64,000 nt of DNA, from the NCBI RefSeq assembly GCF_022846255.1, contig NZ_AP025682.1. One strand, written 5' to 3'. Origin of the DNA: Escherichia coli. Its GTDB lineage: Bacteria; Pseudomonadota; Gammaproteobacteria; Enterobacterales; Enterobacteriaceae. Below are positions 1 through 10,389 of the stretch, in pieces (the first letter of the stretch is position 1; the number at the start of each line of letters is the position of its first letter). The notes beneath the pieces are model-generated. The model made no database searches, was not told the DNA's origin, and was given only the letters and a program-made list of their open reading frames with translations. Position numbers and translations under genes: made by a program.

Positions 1-662
1 TGCTGGATGGAAGACTCCAGCCCTGCCAGTGTTTTCTTACGCTCGCTCAACGCCTGGGTCAGCTTCGCCTGTTGGGCGCGCTGCTCATATAAAAGCGTTT
101 GTTGCTCGCTCTGTTTCTCTTCCAGTTCGGCACGCTGCATAGCGACTTCTTCACGCGTTTGTTTCAACTGAGCAATGGTTTCTTGTCGCGCCTGGTTGAG
201 ATAGCCGAAATAAGCCTGTAACCGCTGCCCACGCTGGCTTTCTTCACCGCTGAGAATCAGCTGAATACCGGTATGTTCACCCTGACGAAACGCGGCATCC
301 AGTTGCGCGGCGAGGCTGCGCTCCTGGGCGGCTTTTTGCTGCTCTAGTTTGGCAATCGACGCGTTCATCTCATCAATCTGTTTATTCAGTTGATTAAGCG
401 TGTTTTGCGTTTCGCGCAGTTTACGGGTGGCTTCAGAGATCGCTTCTTCCTGCTTTTTCAATTGTGCGAGCAGGCTTGCGCGTTGTTGTTGCTTTTGGCG
501 TACCGCGCGCTCTTTCGCGGCGATGTCAGCCTGAATGGATTTGAGTTGGTCACGCTCATCCGCGTGGGCGGAAAAGGCGCACAACAATACGCCAGCGCTC
601 AGAACGCTGGCGTAGATGATGGGCCTGATTGCAAACCTGCGCGGTTTCACGGCCCGTGTCAT
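1..662 (-). CDS. envC: Murein hydrolase activator EnvC, N-terminal ~220 codons; 3' end lies beyond the window start
   Basis: Reverse-strand translation from the ATG at 660-662 gives MTRAVKPRRFAIRPIIYASVLSAGVLLCAFSAHA... (signal peptide then coiled coil), matching EnvC; sits 33 bp downstream of gpmM as in the gpmM-envC operon. Not in the ORF track because it is truncated by the window edge. Confidence 0.85.
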   Translation of the reverse strand, partial: MTRAVKPRRFAIRPIIYASVLSAGVLLCAFSAHADERDQLKSIQADIAAKERAVRQKQQQRASLLAQLKKQEEAISEATRKLRETQNTLNQLNKQIDEMNASIAKLEQQKAAQERSLAAQLDAAFRQGEHTGIQLILSGEESQRGQRLQAYFGYLNQARQETIAQLKQTREEVAMQRAELEEKQSEQQTLLYEQRAQQAKLTQALSERKKTLAGLESSIQ

Positions 663-695
663 GGTATTAATCGCCTTTCCCCTCATGGGGAGGGA

Positions 696-2240
696 TTATT
701 CCACGATGAACAGCGGCTTACCAGTCATCTCTTGCGGGATTTCCATACCCATCAGCGACAACATGGTCGGCGCGATGTCAGAAAGTTTGCCGCCTTCAAC
801 CGCTTTCACGTTCTTATCACCAACGTAAATCAGCGGAACTGGCAGGTTGGTGTGTGCTGTGTGTGCCTGACCCGTTGCCGGATCGCGCATCTGTTCAGCG
901 TTACCGTGGTCAGCGGTGATCAGCAGTTGTCCACCCACGGACTCAACCGCTTTCGCGACTTCTTCCACGCAGTGATCCAGCGCTTCAACCGCTTTAACCG
1001 CCGCTTCCATCACCCCGGTGTGACCTACCATGTCGCCGTTCGGATAGTTACAGATAATGGTGTCGTATTTGCCGCTCTTGATTGCCGCAACCAGTTTTTC
1101 GGTCAGCTCTGCGGAGCTCATTTCCGGTTGCAGATCGTAGGTAGCCACTTTCGGTGAGTTGATCAGAATGCGATCTTCGCCTTTGAACGACTCTTCTACG
1201 CCACCGTTGAAGAAGAAAGTAACGTGGGCATATTTTTCGGTTTCGGAAATACGCAGCTGAGTTTTGTCGTTTTTCGCCATCCACTCGCCGAAGGTGTTAA
1301 CCAGGGAAGCGGGTGGGTAAGCCACTGCGGTTTTGATGTCGGCAGCGTATTCGGTCAGCATCACGAAATCGACGTTAACCACTTTCTTACGCGCGAAGCC
1401 ATCGAAATCAGCGTTCACGAAAGCACGAGTGATTTCACGCGCGCGGTCAGCACGGAAGTTCATGAAAATCAGCGCATCGCCGTCTTCCATTGCCGCATCT
1501 GGCTGACCTTCTGCACGAATAACGGTCGCTTTCACGAACTCGTCGTTTTCGTCGCGAGCATAAGCAGCCTGCAAACCGGCAACGGCGGTATCGGCCTGGA
1601 ACTCACCTTGCGCCAGAGTCAGCAGGTCATAAGCTTTTTCAACGCGATCCCAACGGTTATCGCGGTCCATCGCGTAGTAACGACCAATGATGGACGCTAC
1701 GCGGCCTTTACCCAGCGCGGCAAATTTCTCTTCGAATTTTTTCAGCGAGGATTCAGCACTGCGCGGCGGAGTGTCGCGACCGTCAAGGAATGCGTGTAGG
1801 TAGATTTTTTCTGCGCCGCGTTCAGCTGCCAGTTCTACCATCGCCATGATGTGATCTTCGTGGCTGTGTACACCACCTGCGGAGAGCAGACCCATAATGT
1901 GTACTGCTTTGCCTGCGTTTTTCGCTTTATCTACTGCACCAGTCAACACCGGATTAGCAAAGAAAGCGCGATCTTTGATTTCAACGTCCAGACGAGTCAG
2001 GTCCTGATACACGATGCGGCCGGCACCCAGGTTAACGTGGCCTACTTCGGAGTTGCCCATCTGACGGTCAGGCAGACCGACTTCCAGACCGGAAGCGTCG
2101 ATCAGGGTATGCGGACGATTGGCCCACAGTGCATCCATTACCGGGGTTTTAGCACTAAAAATGGCGTTATCCTGCTGTTCTTCGCGATAGCCATAGCCAT
2201 CCAGAATCACCAGTACCATAGGTTTTTTAGAAACCGACAT
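696..2240 (-). CDS. gpmM: 2,3-bisphosphoglycerate-independent phosphoglycerate mutase (514 aa)
   Basis: Track ORF 696..2384 contains [21 protein letters not shown]...; start moved to the internal ATG at 2238-2240 to give the known 514-aa length. Confidence 0.95.
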   Translation of the reverse strand: MSVSKKPMVLVILDGYGYREEQQDNAIFSAKTPVMDALWANRPHTLIDASGLEVGLPDRQMGNSEVGHVNLGAGRIVYQDLTRLDVEIKDRAFFANPVLTGAVDKAKNAGKAVHIMGLLSAGGVHSHEDHIMAMVELAAERGAEKIYLHAFLDGRDTPPRSAESSLKKFEEKFAALGKGRVASIIGRYYAMDRDNRWDRVEKAYDLLTLAQGEFQADTAVAGLQAAYARDENDEFVKATVIRAEGQPDAAMEDGDALIFMNFRADRAREITRAFVNADFDGFARKKVVNVDFVMLTEYAADIKTAVAYPPASLVNTFGEWMAKNDKTQLRISETEKYAHVTFFFNGGVEESFKGEDRILINSPKVATYDLQPEMSSAELTEKLVAAIKSGKYDTIICNYPNGDMVGHTGVMEAAVKAVEALDHCVEEVAKAVESVGGQLLITADHGNAEQMRDPATGQAHTAHTNLPVPLIYVGDKNVKAVEGGKLSDIAPTMLSLMGMEIPQEMTGKPLFIVE

Positions 2241-2484
2241 TGCGACAACCTCATACTCAAGAGTCAAAATTTGCGTAATTTTACTACAGCTGAATCGATA
2301 AAATAGCCTCTGAAGATCAAAATATACGACCGCTCGCGGCAAGCAGATGCCAGATTTACGCTTTTTTTTCGTAGCGCCCCGCAAAATTGCATTCCAGTTA
2401 ACGCGCTGGCTGTATTTGCCGCAACGCGCAGGTATACTCCTTTCCTGGTTTTTTTAATCACTACGTCGGGAGTTGTTACCCCCC

Positions 2485-2916
2485 ATGCAAGAAATTATGC
2501 AATTTGTTGGCCGTCATCCCATACTGAGTATCGCCTGGATCGCGTTACTGGTGGCGGTTCTTGTGACTACGTTTAAGAGCCTGACCTCGAAAGTGAAGGT
2601 GATTACTCGTGGTGAAGCTACGCGTCTGATCAACAAAGAAGACGCTGTGGTTGTGGATTTACGTCAGCGTGATGACTTCCGTAAAGGCCATATCGCAGGT
2701 TCTATCAACCTGTTGCCGAGCGAAATCAAAGCCAACAATGTTGGTGAGCTTGAGAAGCACAAAGACAAACCGGTTATCGTGGTAGATGGTTCTGGCATGC
2801 AGTGCCAGGAGCCTGCAAACGCGCTGACGAAAGCTGGTTTTGCGCAAGTATTCGTACTGAAAGAAGGCGTCGCTGGCTGGGCTGGCGAAAACTTGCCTTT
2901 GGTGCGCGGCAAATAA
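2485..2916 (+). CDS. yibN: Rhodanese-domain inner membrane protein YibN (143 aa)
   Basis: [25 protein letters not shown]... with a rhodanese fold; the track start at 2473 is a TTG, the ATG at 2485 gives the known length. Confidence 0.9.
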
Positions 2917-3056
2917 TTTACCTGTCGTCTTTCATGATGCAGGCCGTTAGCTGCAATTAGGCCCCCAGCGACTTATTGATATAAGCTTCTGGGGACACTC
3001 CATTTTGCTGCCGCCCTGCAACATGAAATTTCAGGGTAAAAAACAGGAGCTAATTT

Positions 3057-3308
3057 ATGGCCAATGTTGAAATCTATACCAAAGAAACCTGCCCGTATTG
3101 CCATCGTGCAAAAGCACTGCTGAGCAGCAAGGGCGTGAGTTTTCAGGAGTTGCCGATCGATGGCAATGCCGCTAAGCGTGAAGAGATGATCAAACGCAGT
3201 GGTCGCACCACGGTTCCACAGATTTTTATTGACGCACAGCACATTGGTGGCTGTGATGACTTGTATGCATTGGATGCACGTGGTGGACTGGATCCCCTGC
3301 TGAAATAA
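3057..3308 (+). CDS. grxC: Glutaredoxin 3 (83 aa)
   Basis: MANVEIYTKETCPYCHRAKALL... with the CPYC active site; AGGAG ribosome-binding site upstream. Confidence 0.97.
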   Translation: MANVEIYTKETCPYCHRAKALLSSKGVSFQELPIDGNAAKREEMIKRSGRTTVPQIFIDAQHIGGCDDLYALDARGGLDPLLK

Positions 3309-3371
3309 CGTGTGAACGTTGGCATTACATTGCGCAGTATTTTAAGGACAACACTTAAGGGTTTTCTACAC

Positions 3372-3839
3372 ATGTCAGAACAAAACAACACCGAAATGAC
3401 TTTCCAGATCCAACGTATTTATACCAAGGATATTTCTTTCGAAGCGCCGAACGCGCCGCACGTTTTCCAGAAAGATTGGCAACCAGAAGTTAAACTTGAT
3501 CTGGATACGGCATCTACTCAACTGGCAGATGACGTTTACGAAGTGGTACTGCGTGTTACCGTAACGGCCTCCCTGGGCGAAGAAACCGCGTTCCTGTGTG
3601 AAGTTCAGCAGGGCGGTATTTTCTCCATCGCGGGTATCGAAGGCACCCAGATGGCACATTGCCTGGGCGCATACTGCCCGAACATTCTGTTCCCGTATGC
3701 TCGTGAGTGCATCACCAGCATGGTATCCCGCGGTACATTCCCGCAACTGAACCTTGCGCCGGTTAACTTCGATGCGCTGTTCATGAACTATTTGCAGCAG
3801 CAGGCTGGCGAAGGTACTGAAGAACATCAGGATGCCTGA
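3372..3839 (+). CDS. secB: Protein-export chaperone SecB (155 aa)
   Basis: [32 protein letters not shown]...; the track ORF begins upstream, the internal ATG at 3372 gives the known length. Confidence 0.96.
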
Positions 3840-4858
3840 TGAACCAACGTAATGCTTCAATGACTGTGATCGGTGCCGGCTCGTACGGCACCGCTCTTGC
3901 CATCACCCTGGCAAGAAATGGCCACGAGGTTGTCCTCTGGGGCCATGACCCTGAACATATCGCAACGCTTGAACGCGACCGCTGTAACGCCGCGTTTCTC
4001 CCCGATGTGCCTTTTCCCGATACGCTCCATCTTGAAAGCGATCTCGCCACTGCGCTGGCAGCCAGCCGTAATATTCTCGTCGTCGTACCCAGCCATGTCT
4101 TTGGTGAAGTGCTGCGCCAGATTAAACCGCTGATGCGTCCTGATGCGCGTCTGGTGTGGGCGACCAAAGGGCTGGAAGCAGAAACCGGACGTCTGTTACA
4201 GGACGTGGCGCGTGAGGCCTTAGGCGATCAAATTCCGCTGGCGGTTATCTCTGGCCCAACGTTTGCGAAAGAACTGGCGGCAGGTTTACCGACGGCCATT
4301 TCGCTGGCCTCGACGGACCAGACCTTTGCCGATGACCTCCAGCAATTGCTGCACTGCGGCAAAAGTTTCCGCGTTTACAGCAACCCGGATTTCATTGGCG
4401 TGCAGCTTGGCGGCGCGGTGAAAAACGTCATTGCCATTGGCGCGGGGATGTCTGACGGTATCGGTTTTGGCGCGAATGCGCGTACGGCGCTGATCACCCG
4501 TGGACTGGCTGAAATGTCGCGTCTTGGCGCGGCGCTGGGTGCCGATCCTGCCACCTTTATGGGCATGGCGGGGCTGGGCGATCTGGTGCTTACCTGTACC
4601 GACAACCAGTCGCGTAACCGCCGTTTTGGCATGATGCTCGGTCAGGGCATGGATGTACAAAGCGCGCAGGAAAAGATAGGTCAGGTGGTGGAAGGCTACC
4701 GCAATACGAAAGAAGTCCGCGAACTGGCGCATCGCTTCGGCGTTGAAATGCCAATAACCGAGGAAATTTATCAAGTATTATATTGCGGAAAAAACGCGCG
4801 CGAGGCAGCATTGACTTTACTAGGTCGTGCACGCAAGGACGAGCGCAGCAGCCACTAA
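3839..4858 (+). CDS. gpsA: NAD(P)H-dependent glycerol-3-phosphate dehydrogenase (339 aa)
   Basis: [36 protein letters not shown]...; the ATG overlaps the secB stop (ATGA-type coupling). Confidence 0.97.
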   Translation: MNQRNASMTVIGAGSYGTALAITLARNGHEVVLWGHDPEHIATLERDRCNAAFLPDVPFPDTLHLESDLATALAASRNILVVVPSHVFGEVLRQIKPLMRPDARLVWATKGLEAETGRLLQDVAREALGDQIPLAVISGPTFAKELAAGLPTAISLASTDQTFADDLQQLLHCGKSFRVYSNPDFIGVQLGGAVKNVIAIGAGMSDGIGFGANARTALITRGLAEMSRLGAALGADPATFMGMAGLGDLVLTCTDNQSRNRRFGMMLGQGMDVQSAQEKIGQVVEGYRNTKEVRELAHRFGVEMPITEEIYQVLYCGKNAREAALTLLGRARKDERSSH

Positions 4859-4937
4859 ACCCAGGGAACCTTTGTTACCACTATGACCCGGCCCGCGCAG
4901 AACGGGCCGGTCATTATCTCATCGTGTGGAGTAAGCA

Positions 4938-5759
4938 ATGTCGTGTGAAGAACTGGAAATTGTCTGGAACAATATTAAAGCTGAAGCCAGAACGCTGGCG
5001 GACTGTGAGCCAATGCTGGCCAGTTTTTACCACGCGACGCTACTCAAGCACGAAAACCTTGGCAGTGCACTGAGCTACATGCTGGCGAACAAGCTGTCAT
5101 CGCCCATTATGCCGGCTATTGCTATCCGTGAAGTGGTGGAAGAAGCCTACGCCGCCGACCCGGAAATGATCGCCTCTGCGGCCTGTGATATTCAGGCGGT
5201 GCGTACCCGTGACCCGGCGGTGGATAAATACTCAACCCCGTTGCTATACCTGAAGGGTTTTCATGCTTTGCAGGCGTATCGCATCGGTCACTGGTTGTGG
5301 AATCAGGGCCGTCGCGCGCTGGCTATTTTTCTACAAAACCAGGTCTCTGTAACGTTCCAGGTTGATATTCACCCGGCAGCAAAAATTGGTCGCGGTATCA
5401 TGCTCGACCACGCGACAGGCATCGTCGTTGGTGAAACGGCGGTGATTGAAAACGACGTGTCGATTCTGCAATCCGTTACCCTTGGCGGTACGGGTAAATC
5501 TGGCGGAGACCGTCACCCGAAAATTCGTGAAGGCGTGATGATTGGCGCAGGCGCGAAAATTCTCGGTAATATTGAAGTTGGGCGCGGCGCGAAGATTGGC
5601 GCAGGTTCCGTGGTGCTGCAACCGGTGCCGCCGCACACTACTGCCGCTGGCGTTCCGGCACGCATTGTCGGCAAGCCGGATAGCGATAAACCGTCAATGG
5701 ATATGGATCAGCATTTCAACGGCATTAACCATACGTTTGAGTATGGTGATGGGATCTGA
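4938..5759 (+). CDS. cysE: Serine O-acetyltransferase (273 aa)
   Basis: MSCEELEIVWNNIKAEARTLADCEPMLASFYHATLLKHENLGSALSYMLANKL... with hexapeptide repeats. Confidence 0.97.
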   Translation: MSCEELEIVWNNIKAEARTLADCEPMLASFYHATLLKHENLGSALSYMLANKLSSPIMPAIAIREVVEEAYAADPEMIASAACDIQAVRTRDPAVDKYSTPLLYLKGFHALQAYRIGHWLWNQGRRALAIFLQNQVSVTFQVDIHPAAKIGRGIMLDHATGIVVGETAVIENDVSILQSVTLGGTGKSGGDRHPKIREGVMIGAGAKILGNIEVGRGAKIGAGSVVLQPVPPHTTAAGVPARIVGKPDSDKPSMDMDQHFNGINHTFEYGDGI

Positions 5760-5773
5760 CATTCTGTGATCGT

Positions 5774-5807
5774 GCCGGATGCGGCGTGAACGCCTTATCC
5801 GGCCTAC
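5774..5807. repeat. REP (repetitive extragenic palindrome) element between convergent cysE and trmL
   Basis: gccggatgcggcgtgaacgccttatccggcctac, the canonical enterobacterial REP core. Confidence 0.85.
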
Positions 5808-5813
5808 CGCATC

Positions 5814-6287
5814 TTAATCTCTCAACACCGCTCCCGGATATCCCAGCTGCCGCCAGGCTTCATACACCACGACCGACACCGCATTGGACAGGTTCATGCT
5901 GCGGCTGTCCGGCACCATTGGAATGCGAATTTTTTGTTCAGCGGGCAGGGCATCAAGAATGCTCGCTGGCAGGCCGCGTGTTTCCGGGCCGAACATCAGA
6001 TAATCGCCATCCTGATAGCTTACGGCGCTGTGAGCAGGCGTACCTTTCGTGGTGAGGGCAAACAGACGCTGGGGATTTTCTGCTTCGAGAAACGCGCGAT
6101 AGTCATGATGACGCGTAACGGCGGTAAACTCGTGATAGTCCAGCCCCGCGCGGCGCAGGCGCTTATCGTCCCAGGCAAATCCCATCGGTTCGATGATATG
6201 CAGACGAAAGCCGGTATTAGCGCAAAGACGGATGATGTTGCCAGTATTTGGCGGAATTTCTGGTTCGTAAAGTACGATGTTTAGCAT
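5814..6287 (-). CDS. trmL: tRNA (cytidine34/5-carboxymethylaminomethyluridine34-2'-O)-methyltransferase TrmL (157 aa)
   Basis: [37 protein letters not shown]... (SPOUT methyltransferase). Confidence 0.95.
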   Translation of the reverse strand: MLNIVLYEPEIPPNTGNIIRLCANTGFRLHIIEPMGFAWDDKRLRRAGLDYHEFTAVTRHHDYRAFLEAENPQRLFALTTKGTPAHSAVSYQDGDYLMFGPETRGLPASILDALPAEQKIRIPMVPDSRSMNLSNAVSVVVYEAWRQLGYPGAVLRD

Positions 6288-6359
6288 ACTGCCCCCTTAG
6301 TGCGGGGGCAGGATAGCAGAAAATTGGTGATTGGTACGGCCTTTTCCCCTCACCCCCAA

Positions 6360-7550
6360 CTATGCCGCATTCCCTTTCGCCATCGGAGCTAGTGCCGCAG
6401 GCAATTCTTTATCCAGCCCTTGCACCAGCGAATCTTGCGTAATTTCGCTAATCGATTTCGCGCCAGTCAGCGTCATCGCCACTTTCATCTCTTTTTCGAT
6501 CAGATTTAGCAGGTTAGCTACACCCGCCTGGCCCGCTGTTGCCAGCGCATACAGGAAAGCACGACCCAGCAGTACGGTGTCGGCACCGAGCGCAATCATA
6601 CGCACGACATCAAGCCCGTTACGTATTCCGCTATCCGCCAGAATGGCGATATCACCTTTCACCGCATCTGCAATAGCGGGCAACGCACGAGCGGAAGAGA
6701 GTACACCGTCCAGCTGGCGGCCACCGTGGTTAGAAACCACAATCCCATCAGCACCAAAACGTACTGCATCGCGCGCATCTTCCGGATCGAGGATCCCTTT
6801 GATCACCATCGGGCCATCCCAGAAATCGCGGATCCACTCAAGGTCTTTCCATGAGATGGACGGATCGAAGTTATTCCCCAGCCAGCCGATGTAATCTTCC
6901 AGTCCGGTCGGTTTGCCGAGATAAGCTGAGATATTACCTAAATCATGCGGACGACCGTTCAGGCCCACATCCCACGCCCATTGCGGATGCGTCACCGCCT
7001 GCAAATAGCGGCGCATTGCCGCGTTCGGGCCGCTCATCCCAGAATGCGCATCACGATAACGCGCTCCCGGTGTTGGCATATCCACGGTGAAAACCAGTGT
7101 CGAACAACCCGCTGCTTTTGCTCGCTCCAGTGCGTTACGCATAAAGCCGCGATCGCGCAGCACATAAAGCTGGAACCACATCGGACGTTTGATAGCCGGA
7201 GCCACTTCTTCAATCGGGCAAACGGAAACCGTCGAGAGAGTAAACGGAATGCCATGCGCATCCGCTGCTTTGGCAGCCTGAACTTCGCCGCGTCGCGCAT
7301 ACATGCCACACAAACCTACCGGACCTAGCGCCACCGGCATCGACAATTTCTCATTAAACAGCGTCGTTTCCAGGCTTAAGTCAGACATGTTTTTCAGAAT
7401 ACGCTGGCGCAGCGCCACTTCTGACAAATCTTCCACGTTGCGGCGCAGCGTGTATTCAGAATATGCACCCCCATCCATATAGTGGAACAGGAACGGCGGC
7501 AGAATGCGTTGCGCTGCGGCGCGATAATCGCTGGCTGCGGAAATAATCAT
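6360..7550 (-). CDS. lldD: L-lactate dehydrogenase, FMN-dependent (396 aa)
   Basis: [38 protein letters not shown]...; last gene of lldPRD. Confidence 0.97.
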   Translation of the reverse strand: MIISAASDYRAAAQRILPPFLFHYMDGGAYSEYTLRRNVEDLSEVALRQRILKNMSDLSLETTLFNEKLSMPVALGPVGLCGMYARRGEVQAAKAADAHGIPFTLSTVSVCPIEEVAPAIKRPMWFQLYVLRDRGFMRNALERAKAAGCSTLVFTVDMPTPGARYRDAHSGMSGPNAAMRRYLQAVTHPQWAWDVGLNGRPHDLGNISAYLGKPTGLEDYIGWLGNNFDPSISWKDLEWIRDFWDGPMVIKGILDPEDARDAVRFGADGIVVSNHGGRQLDGVLSSARALPAIADAVKGDIAILADSGIRNGLDVVRMIALGADTVLLGRAFLYALATAGQAGVANLLNLIEKEMKVAMTLTGAKSISEITQDSLVQGLDKELPAALAPMAKGNAA

Positions 7551-8323
7551 GCGTTTTTCTCCCTCGAATGCTCATTATGGTCACCAGGCAGGCGGGTAAT
7601 GCGTGCATGGCGAGCCTGATCTTCATCGAATCGTTTCATGGTGGTGTGAACAAAGCTAAGGTGCGCCATCATTGCTTTACGCGCCCCGTCAGCATCACCG
7701 GCAAAAATGGCGTCAATGACTGCCTGATGTTGTTCGGTCAGCTGTGAAAAAACCGGGGGTACCAGATACATCCGCTGGCGGCTATGCTTCACGGAGGATT
7801 GCAGGACATCGAAGAAACCGCGCATGGTTTGCAGCAGCACGATGTTATGTGAGGCTTCGGCAATCGCCAGATGAAAACGAACGTCCGCTTGTGAGGCGAG
7901 ATCCGGGTCTTCACTTAGCGTTGCTTCAAAGCAAAGCTGAATCTTTTCTTTTTCGCCAGGTGTGGCGCGCATTGCCGCATGCCACGCGGTGCTGGCTTCA
8001 ATGGCGTAGCGGGCTTCCAGAATATCGAAACTGTAATCCGGATCATCGGCCATCAGCGTTTTCAGCGGCTGGACGATGTTTTGCTCCGACCATGTGTCAT
8101 GACGCCAGCGAATAAACGTCCCGCCGCCACGTCGACTGAGCAGCACACCTTCGCTTACCAGTTTCGCCAGCGCCTCGCGCAGTGAATTTCTCGACACGCC
8201 GAGTTGCATCGCCAGTTGACGTTCAGCGGGCAACTTCATGCCCGCTTCCAGGTTTTTTTCATCAATCAGCGCCCGCACACGATCGGCAACCTCGTCTGAC
8301 AGGCGTCTGGGTAAAACAATCAT
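7547..8323 (-). CDS. lldR: GntR-family L-lactate regulator LldR (258 aa)
   Basis: [55 protein letters not shown]...; start set at the internal ATG for the known length; overlaps the lldP stop by 1 nt and the lldD start by 4 nt. Confidence 0.93.
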   Translation of the reverse strand: MIVLPRRLSDEVADRVRALIDEKNLEAGMKLPAERQLAMQLGVSRNSLREALAKLVSEGVLLSRRGGGTFIRWRHDTWSEQNIVQPLKTLMADDPDYSFDILEARYAIEASTAWHAAMRATPGEKEKIQLCFEATLSEDPDLASQADVRFHLAIAEASHNIVLLQTMRGFFDVLQSSVKHSRQRMYLVPPVFSQLTEQHQAVIDAIFAGDADGARKAMMAHLSFVHTTMKRFDEDQARHARITRLPGDHNEHSREKNA

Positions 8324-9978
8324 TAAGGAATCATCCACGTTAAGACATAGGCCTGAAGCGTGGTGATCACGCCCACCATACAGGTGAAGATCAGGCTGTG
8401 TTTGACAGTAAAGCGGAACAAATCAGACTCTTTGCCCACCAGGCCTACCGCCGCACAGGCGATAGCGATAGATTGCGGAGAGATCATTTTGCCGGTGACA
8501 CCACCGGTGGTGTTGGCAGCAACCAGCAACAGGTCAGAAACGCCAATTTGTTGTGCGGCGGTAGCCTGCAAAGCGGCAAACAAAGCATTAGATGACGTAT
8601 CCGACCCGGTCAGGAATACCCCAAGCCAGCCGAGGAACGGCGAGAAGAAGGTGAATGCATGACCGGTGTGCGCCAGTGCCAGCGCCAGTGTTGATGACAA
8701 ACCGGAATAGTTCGAGATAAAGGCGAACGCCAGCACCATACCGATGGAGTAGATAGGCAGAGCCAGTTCTTTCAGCGTGCTGCCGAAGGTGCTGATAGCG
8801 TCAGATGGTTTCATCTTCAGCCAGACAATCGAGAGCAGGGCAGCAAAAAGAATGGCGGTACCGGTGGCAGAGAACCAGTCAAACTTAAACACGGCGGCAT
8901 ACGCTGTCGCTTCGCTGACCACTGGCGGCATACGGGCAACCAGTTTATCGAGGTACGGCACCGGAATGTTGATCACCCACTCATACAGCGCACCGCCTGA
9001 AGCGAACAGGGCTTTAAACGGCGGGATACTCCACAGCGTTACGGTGGCGGTCAGGAACAGAAACGGTGTCCAGGCGCGCAGCACCTGACCTGCCGTGTAA
9101 CCTGTGTGAGCCAGCGTCATATCAACCTGTGACGCCCCCAAGTCACCGAAGCGGAATACGCGCACTGGTTGCCAGCGTTTGAGGAACAGCGTCAGGCAGA
9201 GCAGTGATACCAGCGAAGAGATAATGTCTGGCAGTTCCGGCCCAATGAAGTTAGAGCTGAGGTATTGAGCAATGGCAAACGAACCACCTGCAACCACGAC
9301 CGCAGGCCACGTCTCTTTGATACCGCGCCAACCGTCCATAATCGCCATGATCCAGAACAGCACGATAATGGTCATAAACGGCAGCTGACGCCCCACCATC
9401 TGACCAATCTCAAAGCTGTCGATGCCTGTTACCTGCCCGGCGACCAGAATCGGAATACCCATCGCGCCAAATGCCACTGGTGCGGTGTTAACAATCAGGC
9501 ACAGTCCGGCGGCGTAGAGTGGTTTAAAGCCCAGACCGACCAGCAATGCGGCGGTAATTGCTACCGGTGCGCCAAAGCCTGCGGCTCCTTCAAGGAAAGC
9601 GCCGAAACAGAAACCGACGATCAGCATTTGCAGGCGCTGGTCAGGGGTTATCGAAAGAATAGACGAGCGAATGATGTCAAACTGCCCGGTTTTCACCGAG
9701 ATCTTATAGACGAACACCGCTGCAATAATGATCCACGCGATGGGCCACAACCCGTAGAAGAAGCCATAAACCACCGAGGCCAGCGCGTTAGCGACCGGCA
9801 TTTTATAGAACAGCAAAGCCACGGCAAGGGCGATTGCCACCGTCCATGAGGCGGCGACGTATCCTTTCAGTTTGAGCTTAATCAGCGCAAAGAAGAAAAA
9901 CAGGATGGGAAGCGATGCTATCAGGCTGGAAAGCCAGATATTCCCGGCGGGATCGTAGTTTTGTTGCCAGAGATTCAT
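8323..9978 (-). CDS. lldP: L-lactate permease (551 aa)
   Basis: [40 protein letters not shown]...; multi-pass membrane protein; start chosen for the known length. Confidence 0.95.
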
Positions 9979-10176
9979 TGCAGGTCTCCTGCAGTCCACA
10001 CACGCCGTGTAATGAGTCTGTTGCTCATCTCCTTGTCACACGTTGTGTAAAAGTGGCACTGCCAATTGTGTTGTGTAGGGATAATGACAATGGATAGTTA
10101 ACTAAATGTTATGCATTAGCAACATTGATGTGAGTTTTAATTGGGGAATTGTGAACCAGAGGTCAGATAAGCGAAG

Positions 10177-10193
10177 AATTGGTAGGGCCAATT
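10177..10193. promoter_or_regulatory. Candidate LldR/PdhR-type operator in the lldP promoter region
   Basis: Inverted repeat aattggtagggccaatt (AATTGG-N5-CCAATT), resembling the FadR-subfamily GntR operator consensus AATTGGT-N3-ACCAATT; about 200 bp upstream of the lldP start. Confidence 0.5.
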
Positions 10194-10217
10194 CTGGGAG
10201 AGGGGTAATGAAGAAAA

Positions 10218-10243
10218 GGGCAATTCCCATCAGAGAATTGCCC
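10218..10243. promoter_or_regulatory. Second palindrome in the lldP upstream region (possible second operator)
   Basis: gggcaattc-N8-gaattgccc inverted repeat; function inferred from position only. Confidence 0.3.
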
Positions 10244-10269
10244 TCAGATTGTTGATCTGGTGCGCCTTA

Positions 10270-10362
10270 TCTTGCCGGATGCGGCGTGAACGCCTTATCC
10301 GGCCTACAGGGTAGTGCTGAATCACCCCGTAGGCCTGATAAGCGTAGCGCATCAGGCAATGT
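10270..10362. repeat. Pair of REP elements (BIME-like) between the adhesin 3' end and the lldP promoter
   Basis: gccggatgcggcgtgaacgccttatccggcctaca followed by an inverted copy, gtaggcctgataagcgtagcgcatcaggcaatg. Confidence 0.85.
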
Positions 10363-10389
10363 GGCGTTTACCCATTTGTTAATGGATCA

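Noticed and set aside
390-1157. 255-aa plus-strand ORF at the window start
   Set aside because: Antisense to envC and gpmM, both of which match known proteins; rejected as spurious.
6331-6894. 187-aa plus-strand ORF
   Set aside because: Antisense to lldD; serine/alanine/proline-rich low-complexity translation.
10262-10370. REP clusters (also at 5774-5807 and 42073-42173) considered as possible mobile-element ends or MITEs flanking the adhesin island
   Set aside because: Sequences match the ordinary enterobacterial REP/BIME consensus found throughout the chromosome; no transposase, target-site duplication or terminal inverted repeats define a mobile element.
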